Source: a virus
Direction: 5' to 3' (one strand)
DNA length: 64,000 nt
IMG/VR virus record: IMGVR_UViG_3300037247_000703
Span: 36,331 to 100,330 of that record
Shown here: positions 55,091 through 64,000 of the stretch, in pieces
Layout of the letters: each line of letters starts with the position of its first letter
Position numbering within the stretch: the first letter of the stretch is position 1
Translations under genes and position numbers: made by a program
Notes under the pieces: model-generated
Told to the model about the DNA's origin: nothing
Databases searched by the model: none
What the model saw: only the letters and a program-made list of their open reading frames with translations

Positions 55091-57313
55091 CTAGGCCGAA
55101 GCCACTTCTTCTTCGAGGGCTCGGGTATCGGCGGTCACCCGGAGAATGATGAATTCGGCCGGCTTCGCCATCGCGAGGCCGATACGGATGATCATCTGCC
55201 CTGCGTTGACGACCGACGGCGGATTCAGAGCCTCAGACACGTCCACGAAAAACGCCGTCGCCGGATTCCTGGACGCGAAAGCGCCGTTGCGCATCTGTTG
55301 CAACAGGAACAGCGTGACCGTTCGGTCGGCGACCGCTCGATTGTCCTCGGTGTTCGGCACATGCTTCAGGAACAGGAGCCCGCCCTTGAGACTCTGCTCG
55401 ATGAAGATGACCCCGCGCCGCTCCGGGATGCTCGGGAAGTTCCCGTTGCCCTTGAGCGTACGTGAGCCGTCGATGTGACGCGGAGATCCGTTGATCGCTG
55501 TGATCGGATTGATGCGCTTCGGGTACAACAGATCGCGTTTCTTCTCGTCCAGCACCTCCTCGTTCTCGAACCCGACCATGCCGCGAATGACACCGTTCTC
55601 GATGTTGGCCGGCGCGATGTACACACCGCCCGGAGTCTGCGCATCGCGGCGCGCGTATACGCCCGCGATGTGACCCGACGGGGGAAGCGTCAGGTTTTCG
55701 GCGTCGCCGAAGACGCCCTTCGACGGATTGAGAATCTTGATCTGCGGCCAGTAGATCGCGCCGAACTCCGAGAGATTCAGAATCGCGGCGGTCGTGTCGA
55801 CGTAGGTGATGATCTGCGTCGTACTGAAACCGGCGGGCGGATCGATGATGGCGAAGCATTCCTTGTCGCGGAACGTGTCGCAGTAGGTGATCATGCCATT
55901 GGCAACGGCTGCTGTTGGCCGATCTGGCGAAATCAGAACGCGGATACCCTGCGTCTGATCGAACGCATGGAAGCCGATGCCGCCGGCAGGGCTGCCGATG
56001 AAGTCATTGTCGTCGAGGCCGGCAAGACCGTCGCCGCCGCCCGTGAGTGGCCCGAAGGTGCCTTCGGCCGGGCGTGGATCGGCCGCCGTCGAATCGAGAT
56101 CGGTGACGGCGATCAGCTTTGACCCCGAGTCGGCGTTGTTGATGATCGTCTCGACAAAGTTCGGGGCCGTGTCGATCATCGAAACGTTTGGGAATGTCTC
56201 GACAATCAGGCCGTCATCTTCGACGAGAAGGTTGAATTCGGTCGAATCTCCGCTCGTCGGCGGATCGATGATGGTCTTGATTGTGTTGGCGTAGGTACCA
56301 TCGGTCTTGCCATCCACCTTGAGCGTGTTCGCCGCCGCGCCGCTATCGCCCGAGTGGGTCGCGTTGTCGAAGCCCAGCTCATCGTCAGCGGTCGAGCCGG
56401 CCTCGACCAAGATCGACGACGTCGGACCGGTCGTGTTGGAGACGATCTGTACCGCACCACCGACGTCGTTGACCGTGAGGCCGGATACAGCTGCCTCAAC
56501 GATGGACTTGACCTCGGCGACCGTAACTGCATCGATATCTGCAACATTGCCGGTCCCATCGAAGGGGCCGCCGGCACCGAAGAGGGTCGCCAACGCCGTA
56601 CCACCCGTGAAGTCCAACTGCGAATCGGTGCCGCGTTTGTCTGAAGTGAGGATGATCGAACCCGCGGGGGCCGTCGCCTGGACCCCGGTCATCTCGGCGT
56701 TGATGACCGCTGCGACTTCGAGCGCCGTAGCCGCACCGATGGCGACGAACTCGGCGGTGTTAAAGGTTACGGTCTGGGGCGAACCGCCGTCGACGCCGAC
56801 GATCAATGTCTGGCCGTCCACGAGCGCGTAAGTCTCAGCCTGCCCCGTTCGCGTTCCGGCGGTCGCGTTGAAGGTCGCCGTCGCCGGACCACCCCCGTCG
56901 ACGGCGATATCGAGATCGTCGGCTGGTTCGAGATCGAACGGACCGACCACCGTGCCGAGGATCGTACCCGCTGACGGGGCGCCCACCGCGGTCAGCAACG
57001 TGAATGTTGCCGCCACTGACGTCTTCGTCAGCGGGTCCGTGATGTCCGCGTAGTGAACGACGCGCGAGATGTGGGCCTCGGTGCCGCCGTTCTGGAAGAA
57101 GCCTTGCATCGCCAGCGTCAGATCGCCGTTGGCGGTGAAGCCACCATAGATCCTGACGTACTCTTCGAAGTTCGTCAGGGTGGTTTGCGTTCGAACCGGA
57201 CCGCGTTCCGTGATGCCGTTCGCCGCGAGCACGGCAGTCGGCAACGCTTGGATCGATCGGATCCTTGGTTCTTCTTCTTCGACGGCGACTTTGGCTGCGA
57301 GCAACTGTGCCAT
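55091..57313 (-). CDS. contractile tail sheath protein
   Basis: ERGP, FFQNGG, AIYWPQI, PPSGHIAGVYAR, APAN, INPI, KPAEFI. Confidence 0.95.
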   Translation of the reverse strand: MAQLLAAKVAVEEEEPRIRSIQALPTAVLAANGITERGPVRTQTTLTNFEEYVRIYGGFTANGDLTLAMQGFFQNGGTEAHISRVVHYADITDPLTKTSVAATFTLLTAVGAPSAGTILGTVVGPFDLEPADDLDIAVDGGGPATATFNATAGTRTGQAETYALVDGQTLIVGVDGGSPQTVTFNTAEFVAIGAATALEVAAVINAEMTGVQATAPAGSIILTSDKRGTDSQLDFTGGTALATLFGAGGPFDGTGNVADIDAVTVAEVKSIVEAAVSGLTVNDVGGAVQIVSNTTGPTSSILVEAGSTADDELGFDNATHSGDSGAAANTLKVDGKTDGTYANTIKTIIDPPTSGDSTEFNLLVEDDGLIVETFPNVSMIDTAPNFVETIINNADSGSKLIAVTDLDSTAADPRPAEGTFGPLTGGGDGLAGLDDNDFIGSPAGGIGFHAFDQTQGIRVLISPDRPTAAVANGMITYCDTFRDKECFAIIDPPAGFSTTQIITYVDTTAAILNLSEFGAIYWPQIKILNPSKGVFGDAENLTLPPSGHIAGVYARRDAQTPGGVYIAPANIENGVIRGMVGFENEEVLDEKKRDLLYPKRINPITAINGSPRHIDGSRTLKGNGNFPSIPERRGVIFIEQSLKGGLLFLKHVPNTEDNRAVADRTVTLFLLQQMRNGAFASRNPATAFFVDVSEALNPPSVVNAGQMIIRIGLAMAKPAEFIILRVTADTRALEEEVASA

Positions 57314-57342
57314 TGCTGTTCACTCCTGCGGCTGTGAGCGAT

Positions 57343-57663
57343 CTACTTACGCTTCTTTCGCTTGGATTTATCTTCCGCCGCCGCCGTCGCCTTCACCTTG
57401 AGAAAGGCAAGAGTGCCTTCTGCAATCGCTTGCTTGATTGCCGGCACCGCCAGAATTTGATCCGGCAAGCTGTGACGCTTCTCGCGAGAGAGCAACGTCA
57501 ACACTCCGGGTACGTTCTTTCGAACGCGTTTGGGATATCGCCCGCCTTCACGCTTCTCTTCCACAACGATCACAGTCATCGCTTTCGACTGTGCAGCGAA
57601 GGCCGGGTGATCGAGATGGAAGGTTCGCTTCCGCTTTTGCTTGTTGATCAGTGTGACAGGCAT
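57343..57663 (-). CDS. small basic tail-associated protein
   Basis: Located immediately upstream of the sheath. Confidence 0.7.
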   Translation of the reverse strand: MPVTLINKQKRKRTFHLDHPAFAAQSKAMTVIVVEEKREGGRYPKRVRKNVPGVLTLLSREKRHSLPDQILAVPAIKQAIAEGTLAFLKVKATAAAEDKSKRKKRK

Positions 57664-57669
57664 GAGTAC

Positions 57670-58650
57670 CTAGCAGTTCCCGGCCCCAGGTCGGTTCGTA
57701 TTCTCAGGTGGCTGGATGATAATGCCATCCGTCTCTGTCACGCGAGAGAGTTCGACAACCAAATCATCGGCTACCCCCGCCAAATCCTCAAGATCGAAGC
57801 CTCTGATGATGATGTTTCCGGCGAAACTCCGCACGTTGGAGTCATTCAGACGGTCTGTGGAGCTGGGCTCACCGCCTTCCTCGGTGAAGTCCATCTCGTA
57901 GCGGATCTTGCCCAGTGAGGGATCTGCCGGGTCGCGATCCATCGTGATGAACTTGTTGCGGCCGATGAACTTCGTGAAAGCCGCCATCAAATTCAACTTC
58001 TGTGCCTTGAGTTCAGCAACGCCGACGACCTCGAAAAGTAGATCGACCGTGTAGGGGGATCGCCTGATTTCAACCGTGCCATCCGGCAGCTCGATCTGTT
58101 GCTTCTCGTTGGTAGAAAAAAACCGGTTCTCGTTGATGTCTGGCCCTACCAAGATCAGCGCGGGCAGCTTGGCAATCCGCGCAATATTCAGGAAGTCTTG
58201 GGTCGAGCCATCGAAGTCGGTGTGAGCCGTCAAGCTCACTTCGTCAATGACCTGCCGTTTCAGCTCTTGGATGAACGTGCGAACTAGGCGCGTCAGGTCA
58301 TCTTGTGCCGTGAGGTTCGGGCGCCGGAACGTGTAGCCATTGACCTTCGTCGCGACCTCGCCCCCGATCGGATCGCCGTTGTCATCGAGGTTCGTGAGCA
58401 CGACGTCAAACGCGCCGGGGTCGTGAATGGGCGCGAGGCACGTCACCGAGCCTTGCGAAAATACGCGCACGTCGGTCGCCTCGATACCGCCAAACTCTAC
58501 GCGTACGGTGCGCGGAAAAGTTCCGCCGACGAAACCGGTTGCCGGCGGATCGGGAGGAAGCCGCGCATTGTTGGTTTTGAGGCGCACAAGGTTCCGACCG
58601 CCAGTCGGCCCCAACGTGGGGGTTACTGAAACGATCAACGGGACGGCCAT
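57670..58650 (-). CDS. tail completion / terminator-like protein with N-terminal IPT/TIG domain
   Basis: PLIVSVTPTLGPTGG..VEFGG..APIHDPGAFDVVLTN; upstream of the sheath. Confidence 0.7.
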   Translation of the reverse strand: MAVPLIVSVTPTLGPTGGRNLVRLKTNNARLPPDPPATGFVGGTFPRTVRVEFGGIEATDVRVFSQGSVTCLAPIHDPGAFDVVLTNLDDNGDPIGGEVATKVNGYTFRRPNLTAQDDLTRLVRTFIQELKRQVIDEVSLTAHTDFDGSTQDFLNIARIAKLPALILVGPDINENRFFSTNEKQQIELPDGTVEIRRSPYTVDLLFEVVGVAELKAQKLNLMAAFTKFIGRNKFITMDRDPADPSLGKIRYEMDFTEEGGEPSSTDRLNDSNVRSFAGNIIIRGFDLEDLAGVADDLVVELSRVTETDGIIIQPPENTNRPGAGNC

Positions 58651-58675
58651 TGCCAAAAACTATAACACGCGGCTC

Positions 58676-59314
58676 CTACGTGGGCGGTTTTCCGCTCGGT
58701 CTGCCGATGTTTCCTTTCATGATGATCGCCACCCGGTTCATCACGCGCTTCTTCAGTACGCTCGGTTTCGCAAACCGTTTGAAGACTGGCCCGAACACGG
58801 GGCGCGGCGGAATGCGCACGATGATAATACCGCCGCCGCCCTCGCCTTCCAGACCGCGTGTAGCTCGATGCGCTTCGAATGCAGCGAACAGAAAACGGCG
58901 CATCTTCGCCGTCATCTTGATCACGATCGGCTTGCTGCCGAACTCGTTGAGCCGCATGATGTCGGCGAGCAGGCGACCATCATCGGCGCGCACCGTTCGC
59001 TGCACGCCGATGAAAACGAAGTCGCGCTTCTGCAAGACGCTGATCGATCCAACGAGCCCCTGACCACCGGTTCGAATGAGCGCCTTCGTTCCCCGGAACC
59101 TGCGGAAGCGCCGTGTCGCAACCGTAGTCTTCGCGAGCTTTTTGAACTGCCGACCGCCCGGGGCTTGCTTGCGGATCCCTTGTACTAGTTTCTTGCGAAG
59201 GAACTGGCCCTCTTGTTTCATCGCCTTGCGAATCGCGCGGTTGAGCTGTGTCGCGTTCGCGAAAAACGTTCGCCGGGTCTTCGACCAATCGCCGGTTTTG
59301 ACGAGAGCTGTCAC
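58676..59314 (-). CDS. neck / virion morphogenesis protein
   Basis: KALIRTG, LNEFG, IPPRPVFGP; GTGA start. Confidence 0.75.
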   Translation of the reverse strand: MTALVKTGDWSKTRRTFFANATQLNRAIRKAMKQEGQFLRKKLVQGIRKQAPGGRQFKKLAKTTVATRRFRRFRGTKALIRTGGQGLVGSISVLQKRDFVFIGVQRTVRADDGRLLADIMRLNEFGSKPIVIKMTAKMRRFLFAAFEAHRATRGLEGEGGGGIIIVRIPPRPVFGPVFKRFAKPSVLKKRVMNRVAIIMKGNIGRPSGKPPT

Positions 59315-60234
59315 TGATTGAGATAGTCTCGCAACACCATGCTGACGTATACCTCGAACGACAGGCACGACGGACGAAGCTCGATCACTTCGTAGACGAA
59401 CTCCCAATCGAACCAAACCGACTTGCGAAGCCAGCCGACATCCCAGCCGCCATATTTGTTCGAGCGACCATACAGGTCGACGTCTTCGTGCGCCGGCAGC
59501 CGCGGGGAGCGCGGGCAGCCGCGGGGATCGACGTACCAGTCATCGGGCCAATCCCAACGCTGCGCCAGATCCCACGCGAGGAACGCGACTGCGACGTGCT
59601 GCCCGGTCGTATGCCGCAACCCTTCCCGATGCGGTTTGTGCTCGGGCAGAGCGGTCCACCTGCCGCGAACATAAAATCCGCACGGCGGAAGCTCGATGCC
59701 GACGTAGCTGTCGTTCACGTAGCGAGTCGGGAACAGGTGCTGCGGCGACTTGTAGTGCCAGTCACCCTTCCATCGCTTCACAGACATGGGCACGATGGGG
59801 CCGATCAATCCTTCGTCGCCTTGACCCTTGGCCTTCTTCCCCTTCGCCCACGCGCCGCTAAGGTACGCGGCCCGCTCGTGACCGGACACGCCGACGTGTG
59901 GGGTGCGAAGCCGATCGTCGGTGTATTGAAACAGCATGCCGTCGTAATCGGCGAGGTAGTGAACCGAGTAATCCTTCCGGGTGTAGTAGTTGCTCGCGTA
60001 GACGATCGGATCGGCGCCGGCATCGACCGCTTTTTTCACGATGGTCGAACCGGTCATGTGTACGACGAGCCCGTGAACCGGATACTTCCGCTCGCGCGCC
60101 TTGCGTAGATCGTCGTCGCCGTACTCTGTCGCGATCGGGCTGTCTCCGATGCGATCAGGAAAGACGGTGTAGATCCGGCTCTGCGGCTTGGCTATATGCG
60201 GCGTCGAAGAAACCCGGGTGATGCGTCTGGACAT
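59311..60234 (-). CDS. N-acetylmuramoyl-L-alanine amidase (endolysin)
   Basis: LVVHMT, SVHYLAD, PHVG, VNDSYVGIEL, AHEDV: Amidase_2 Zn-ligand pattern. Confidence 0.75.
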   Translation of the reverse strand: MSRRITRVSSTPHIAKPQSRIYTVFPDRIGDSPIATEYGDDDLRKARERKYPVHGLVVHMTGSTIVKKAVDAGADPIVYASNYYTRKDYSVHYLADYDGMLFQYTDDRLRTPHVGVSGHERAAYLSGAWAKGKKAKGQGDEGLIGPIVPMSVKRWKGDWHYKSPQHLFPTRYVNDSYVGIELPPCGFYVRGRWTALPEHKPHREGLRHTTGQHVAVAFLAWDLAQRWDWPDDWYVDPRGCPRSPRLPAHEDVDLYGRSNKYGGWDVGWLRKSVWFDWEFVYEVIELRPSCLSFEVYVSMVLRDYLNQ

Positions 60235-60259
60235 GGGCTCAGTCTACCGAGCCACTATG

Positions 60260-60302
60260 AAAACGCCCTCCGGCCGGAGGCAACCACCTACAGCCGGAGG
60301 GC
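60260..60302 (-). terminator. hairpin plus short U-tract upstream of the amidase
   Basis: GCCCTCCGGC at 60265-60274 pairs with GCCGGAGGGC at 60293-60302; GTTTT follows on the minus strand. Confidence 0.45.
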
Positions 60303-60437
60303 AAATGTCTGGCAGGAACCACCCCACCTGACGCACGCCTACAGGCTAGACGAGCCACGCTCGATTGTCCATAGTCGAACCAATTTGCGACCATTATCGA
60401 CACCTTACAGAAAAGGTCGATTTCTCGTTATTTTCCG

Positions 60438-60467
60438 TTGACGGATGCGAGAGCGCATTGCTAAGAT
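60438..60467 (+). promoter_or_regulatory. sigma70-type promoter, leaderless
   Basis: TTGACG-18nt-TAAGAT with extended TG; ATG at 60475 is 7 nt downstream. Confidence 0.7.
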
Positions 60468-60474
60468 GCTAAAC

Positions 60475-60654
60475 ATGGCGCACACGAACAAGATCGGCGG
60501 GAAGACCCCGAAGCAATGGCTCGCGAACTACGAGAAGATGGTCGACCCACCCGAATGCGAGAATGGTCATTTCGGCTGCTCTTGCACAGCGAAAACCGGC
60601 GGCCCTTGCATGAACGAAATGAGCCTTCTCGTAGAGCAACCCGATGATCAATAA
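60475..60654 (+). CDS. small Cys/His protein
   Basis: CENGHFGCS..GGPC. Confidence 0.65.
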   Translation: MAHTNKIGGKTPKQWLANYEKMVDPPECENGHFGCSCTAKTGGPCMNEMSLLVEQPDDQ

Positions 60655-62830
60655 GTACGCGGGCACCTGTTACGACTGCGGCGAGCGTGTCGCAGTCGGC
60701 GAAGGCTCGGTCGAGAAGATCGGCGAGAAATGGGAGACGCGATGCAACAGCTGCGTCGGAGCCGACTCGCCGACAATCCGGTTCGAACTGAAAGAGAATA
60801 TTCGCAACACCGCCATCGCGCGCCCCGAGCGGTTCCTTGTTGGCGAGTGGTTTCAAACGTGGCGCAACGCATGCGCGCACGGAGGCTCGCGGTACTGGAA
60901 AGATCCTGACGGCGAAAACGGTGGCTACCTCGTGACGTTCGACGCGCTGCCGCGATTGATCAAGGAGCTGCGCTCAGCCAAGTTCGAGATATCGGTCGAC
61001 CCGCTCGTGAAGAAGGCGATGACCGATCATGTCACTGCGGCGCAGGAAGACGACTCCGATGCGGCTGCGCGCCTCGACGAGCTTGATGCGAAGCTCGCAC
61101 TTGAAGGCAAGGCCGCGTTCAAGTTTCAGAAGCAAGGAACGCGCTGGCTCGCTCCACGGCACGGCGCCATCCTGAACGACGACATGGGGCTTGGCAAGAC
61201 GATGCAAGCCTTGCTCTCTGTGATGTACAGCGCGGCCGTCGTCGTCGTGTGTCCCGCGATCGCGAAGCCAGTTTGGCTGCGCGAGATCGCCAAGTGGCGC
61301 CCCGACCTGAAACCGGTCGTGCTCGATGGTCGCAAGTCGTTCCGCTGGCCCGAGCCCGGCGAAGTCGTCATCATCAACTATGCCATTCAGCCGGCGACTG
61401 CAGCCGAAGAAGACGTGCCCGCCGGCATCCCCCGCGTCAACGAAGGCGACGTCGCGACCGGCACCGTGATCATCGGCGACGAAGCACAGGCACTCAAGAA
61501 CAACAAGAGTCAACAAACGAAGCGCTTTCGCGCGATGGCCGACCAAGTGCGCAAGGCTGACGGCCGCGTGTGGCTGCTCACGGCAACTGCAATCCTGAAC
61601 CGCCCGCCCGAGCTGTGGGCGTTGCTGATCGCTGCCGGCGCGCATCACGACTCATTCTCAAACTTCGATCGGTTCAAGGATATGATGGGCGGGCGCGACG
61701 GTCGCTTCGCGATCGAGTGGGGCAAGCCTGCGCCGGCCTGCGTCGAGCTTCTTCGTCGCGTGATGCTTCGGCGCACGAAGAAGGGTGTGATGCCCGATCT
61801 TCCCGGCAAAATCTTGGCGGATCTCACAGTCGAGATCGATCGCAAAACAACAAAAATCTGTGACGCCCAGCTCGCCGAACTGGAAGCCAAGGGCATCGAC
61901 CTGACGCGCGCTACGCGTGACGCGATCATGTCGAACCTTCGGAAAATTCACTTCGAAGACACATCGACCGCGCGCAAAGCGCTCGCCATCGCGAAGATTC
62001 CGGCGATGCTCAAGTTCGTCGAGCAGTGCGAGCAGAACGATGAACCGCTCGTTGTCTTCTCGCGACACCGTTCGCCGATCGATGCGCTCGACGGTCGTAA
62101 GGGTTGGGCAGTCGTGACCGGCGACACGCCGCAGAAACGACGCGGGCAGATCGAAGACGACTTCCAAGCGGGCAAGCTGCGCGGCGTGGCCGGCACCATT
62201 CAGGCCATGGGCACTGCCGTCACCTTGACCGCAGCCGCGCAGGAGCTGTTCGTCGACGAGAGCTATACGCCTTCCGAGAACGAGCAGGCGCAGGATCGGT
62301 GCCTCCGCATCGGCCAGACCCGCACCGTCAACATCACTCGACTCGTCGCGAATCACCGGCTCGATGAGGGGCTCGCTCTGCTGTGTGCGCAGAAGACCGA
62401 GATCATCGACGGCTCGGTTGACAAGGCCCAGGTCATCGACATCGAGAATCCGACCGAAGCACTCGCCGCTGCCGCGAATGCGGTGACGGAGTCGACCGAG
62501 AGCGAGCAGGCCGCCGAAGACCGCCGCCAACAGCGCGACCACGAGCGGGCCGCCAGAGCCGCCCAGATGGCCGCTGACGGCCGTCCCTCCGGCGTGGCCG
62601 GGAAGCGCCGGGAAGCTCTCACAGCCCGAGACAAATGGGCTGTGAGCGTGCTACGTCGCCTCGCCGCGGATGCCGGCTTCAACTCCCTCGACAACGAGTT
62701 CGGCCACAGCCTCGCTGCCCAGCTCGCTGCCGACGGCCTCACCGACATCCAGTGGCGCGCGGTCATTAAGCTGTGCTCGCGCTACGACGAGCCGCCGGCC
62801 GAGAATGCCGCCGACGGCCTGCCGTTCTAA
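60644..62830 (+). CDS. SNF2/SMARCAL1-like helicase with N-terminal Zn finger
   Basis: DDMGLGKT, VVCPA, DEAQ, LTAT..NRP.EL, QAQDRCLRIGQ. Confidence 0.9.
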   Translation: MINKYAGTCYDCGERVAVGEGSVEKIGEKWETRCNSCVGADSPTIRFELKENIRNTAIARPERFLVGEWFQTWRNACAHGGSRYWKDPDGENGGYLVTFDALPRLIKELRSAKFEISVDPLVKKAMTDHVTAAQEDDSDAAARLDELDAKLALEGKAAFKFQKQGTRWLAPRHGAILNDDMGLGKTMQALLSVMYSAAVVVVCPAIAKPVWLREIAKWRPDLKPVVLDGRKSFRWPEPGEVVIINYAIQPATAAEEDVPAGIPRVNEGDVATGTVIIGDEAQALKNNKSQQTKRFRAMADQVRKADGRVWLLTATAILNRPPELWALLIAAGAHHDSFSNFDRFKDMMGGRDGRFAIEWGKPAPACVELLRRVMLRRTKKGVMPDLPGKILADLTVEIDRKTTKICDAQLAELEAKGIDLTRATRDAIMSNLRKIHFEDTSTARKALAIAKIPAMLKFVEQCEQNDEPLVVFSRHRSPIDALDGRKGWAVVTGDTPQKRRGQIEDDFQAGKLRGVAGTIQAMGTAVTLTAAAQELFVDESYTPSENEQAQDRCLRIGQTRTVNITRLVANHRLDEGLALLCAQKTEIIDGSVDKAQVIDIENPTEALAAAANAVTESTESEQAAEDRRQQRDHERAARAAQMAADGRPSGVAGKRREALTARDKWAVSVLRRLAADAGFNSLDNEFGHSLAAQLAADGLTDIQWRAVIKLCSRYDEPPAENAADGLPF

Positions 62831-62831
62831 G

Positions 62832-62951
62832 GTGTGACCACACGTCACAACTGTAGTGTGTGACTACACCCTATGTGCGCGTATCATGGTCCGGGGTGTG
62901 ACCACACTGCGCGGCTCGCGATCTGGCCCCAGCGATTACGTGTGGCTACAC
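62832..62951. repeat. four palindromic operator-like boxes GTGTGRCYACAC
   Basis: Copies at 62832-43, 62858-69, 62896-907 and 62940-51. Confidence 0.85.
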
Positions 62952-62952
62952 C

Positions 62953-62968
62953 CGGCACGGGGCGTGCA
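62953..62968 (+). promoter_or_regulatory. putative sigma54 (-24/-12) promoter
   Basis: CGGCACGGGGCGTGCA = GG-N10-GC; same distance to the ATG as the 31030 promoter. Confidence 0.6.
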
Positions 62969-62980
62969 GTAGCTAGGGAT

Positions 62981-63214
62981 ATGAGCAAAACAAACACCGT
63001 ATTTCGCACTGTCGCAGAGGCCCTCGCCGCCGGCTATCGTAGCCCGACTCGCTCCGATCGTGACGCCTCCGGCCCGTCGAGCTATGGGTACGCATTCGAG
63101 GACTCGCGCGGTCGCCGCACTGTCAAGGTCTGGCTGACTGAGGCTACACCTCGATTGCGGTCGGCAGGTCCTGGCGCATTCGCCCCCATGTTTCCGCCGG
63201 AGGTGTCCCGATGA
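62981..63214 (+). CDS. hypothetical protein
   Basis: MSKTNTVFRTVAEALAAGY; first ATG after the promoter. Confidence 0.65.
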   Translation: MSKTNTVFRTVAEALAAGYRSPTRSDRDASGPSSYGYAFEDSRGRRTVKVWLTEATPRLRSAGPGAFAPMFPPEVSR

Positions 63215-63465
63215 CTCGCGTACGAACCCTTTCAAGCCTCGTGCTCCCCGACGGAGCGGCGATACGCTACGGACGCCACTATGATGGCCCCGGGCCAAGC
63301 CGACATGGCTGGTACCGCGAAAGTGCTGCCGGCGAATGCACGTACCTCGGAGCGTCCACCGACGAGGTAGTCGAGCGCGCGCTGCATCCGCTCGCGTGTG
63401 ACCGAATTGCTCATCACGACGTCGTGCAAGCGATCCTCAACGCCGATCTGGAGGTGTCCCGATGA
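63211..63465 (+). CDS. hypothetical protein
   Basis: GGAGG SD and ATGA coupling. Confidence 0.7.
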   Translation: MTRVRTLSSLVLPDGAAIRYGRHYDGPGPSRHGWYRESAAGECTYLGASTDEVVERALHPLACDRIAHHDVVQAILNADLEVSR

Positions 63466-63608
63466 GCCGCGGCAACCCGATTTTCCGCCTCCGCCTCGCC
63501 CCCGAGGCGCGCGAACGCTGGGAGGCTGCGGCAGCCGATGTCGGCGTGTCGCTCAGCGAGTGGATCCGGCTCGTGATCGAGCTGTCGCTCAAGCGGCAAC
63601 AAGGCTAG
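63462..63608 (+). CDS. 48-aa ribbon-helix-helix DNA-binding protein (absent from the ORF track)
   Basis: MSRGNPIFRLRLAPEARERWEAAAADVGVSLSEWIRLVIELSLKRQQG: alternating beta strand, helix, G-x-S-L-S-E-W-I-R helix. Confidence 0.8.
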   Translation: MSRGNPIFRLRLAPEARERWEAAAADVGVSLSEWIRLVIELSLKRQQG

Positions 63609-64000
63609 CGAGCTGCGCTCTGCGTCCCGAGTTCGCGCTCTTGGAGGCCGACGATCAATAGGTTCCGGCTACGCCCGATACCGAAGCCGGCGGGGGTGAC
63701 GTCGTTGACGAACAAGCCCGGCGGATCGGGAATCGTCTCGATCAGCTTCTCGTCGCAGTCGTAGATCGCCAGAAGCCGGTCATGCAGGCGAATCATCGCC
63801 CGCCCGTTCTCGTCGAGCATGTTGGCTTCTTCTAAATCCTTGAAATGAAACACGAGCGTCATCTTCGAATCCGGGCTCGTGCCCCCGAGCACCTGTCGCA
63901 CCGCCTCGAAAACACCGTCTTCGATCTGGCACCGCAGGCGCACGCACGTCTCTTCGCGCAGTGCTTCGCCCTTCACGTCGTCGGCGTCGGCCTTGATGAT
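63605..64000 (-). CDS. head-closure / head-tail joining protein, 5' end outside the window
   Basis: Frame open to the window end; LVFHFKDLEE..DRLLAIYD..NLLIV; co-oriented with the late genes. Confidence 0.6.
   Translation of the reverse strand: MIKADADDVKGEALREETCVRLRCQIEDGVFEAVRQVLGGTSPDSKMTLVFHFKDLEEANMLDENGRAMIRLHDRLLAIYDCDEKLIETIPDPPGLFVNDVTPAGFGIGRSRNLLIVGLQERELGTQSAAR

Noticed and set aside
45236-57313. eCIS / tailocin / T6SS instead of a phage
   Set aside because: Linked to neck and head-closure genes and a full replication arm; no Afp15-like ATPase or T6SS membrane complex seen
62832-62951. Mini CRISPR array
   Set aside because: Repeats are only 12 bp with uneven gaps (14, 26 and 32 nt); they fit operators better

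Overview
GC-rich 64 kb segment of a tailed dsDNA phage or prophage with a contractile (myovirus-type) tail. The host is probably a myxobacterium or other Deltaproteobacterium; this is inferred from my recollection of the protein families and is not verified. (1) 1-28.7 kb, minus strand: replication/recombination and accessory arm. It holds RuvC, an XRE regulator, a PD-(D/E)XK nuclease, a probable iteron/AT-rich origin at ~3.1-3.55 kb, many small overlapping-junction accessory genes, MazG-like, Gp88-like and radical-SAM proteins, a HerA-like ATPase, a primase-helicase, a DNA methyltransferase, DinG, an SSB-like protein, a Fis-HTH protein and a TOPRIM protein. (2) 28.8-31.3 kb, plus strand: a small operon behind back-to-back promoters. 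(3) 31.4-60.2 kb and 63.6-64 kb, minus strand: late genes, including holin/spanin-like proteins, fibres, baseplate, hub, spike, tape measure, chaperones with a probable -1 frameshift, tube, sheath, neck and amidase. Three HNH endonucleases lie in this arm. (4) 60.4-63.6 kb, plus strand: an SNF2 helicase plus a small operon ending in an RHH gene, inserted against the late operon. No capsid, terminase, integrase, DNA polymerase, tRNA or CRISPR array was seen. The most unusual signals are: two sigma54-type promoters with identical leaderless geometry, one covered by four palindromic operators, in a genome with two stand-alone Fis/NtrC-type HTH genes; repeated leaderless sigma70 promoter geometry; SSB-C-terminus-like tails on both helicases plus a beta-clamp-like C-terminal motif, suggesting host replisome mimicry; and an HNH fused in frame to an exported lysis-cassette protein. 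All calls come from reading motifs by eye; no searches were run.
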